The notes under the pieces: model-generated
Seen by the model: the letters and a program-made list of their open reading frames with translations, nothing else
Database searches by the model: none
What the model was told of the DNA's origin: nothing
NCBI GenBank assembly: GCA_964362915.1
Contig: CAYIGH010000005.1
Location: 1 to 47,455, forward strand
Source: Candidatus Woesearchaeota archaeon
GTDB lineage: Archaea > Nanobdellota > Nanobdellia > Pacearchaeales > GW2011-AR1
DNA length: 47,455 bases
Reading direction: 5' to 3'
Part shown: piece by piece, positions 47,387 to 47,455 of the stretch
Position numbering within the stretch: the stretch's first letter is position 1
How the letters are laid out: each line of letters opens with the position of its first letter
Translations under genes and position numbers: made by a program

Positions 47387-47455
47387 TTAATTTAATAAAT
47401 CATATAATGCTACTTGAGCACTTGATTTTAGATATGGATAATCTTGCGCCCATTT
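47387..47455 (-). CDS. Possible C-terminal end of an ORF entering from the right edge
   Basis: Open frame KWAQDYPYLKSSAQVALYDLLN*; too short to identify. Confidence 0.35.
   Translation of the reverse strand, partial: KWAQDYPYLKSSAQVALYDLLN

Overview
AT-rich chromosomal segment of a DPANN archaeon, most consistent with Pacearchaeota (inferred from gene content and protein style). The core genes are rpoH-rpoB-fused rpoA'/A''-nusA-rps12-rps7, EF-2 with a mini-intein, dnaG, rnhB, endonuclease IV, smc, three Ser tRNAs and an intron-containing initiator tRNA-Met. Accessory content includes a mannose/GH130/GT4 locus with an eroded ROK-kinase remnant, a lactate permease, several secreted or surface proteins, a probable tRNA-linked integrase at the left edge, and a VapBC-type module flanked by 51-bp structured direct repeats at the right edge. 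The most striking signal is a condensin-type Smc with no recognisable hinge domain and a Rad50-like CPLC zinc hook at its midpoint. All product calls come from motif recognition by eye; no database searches were run.
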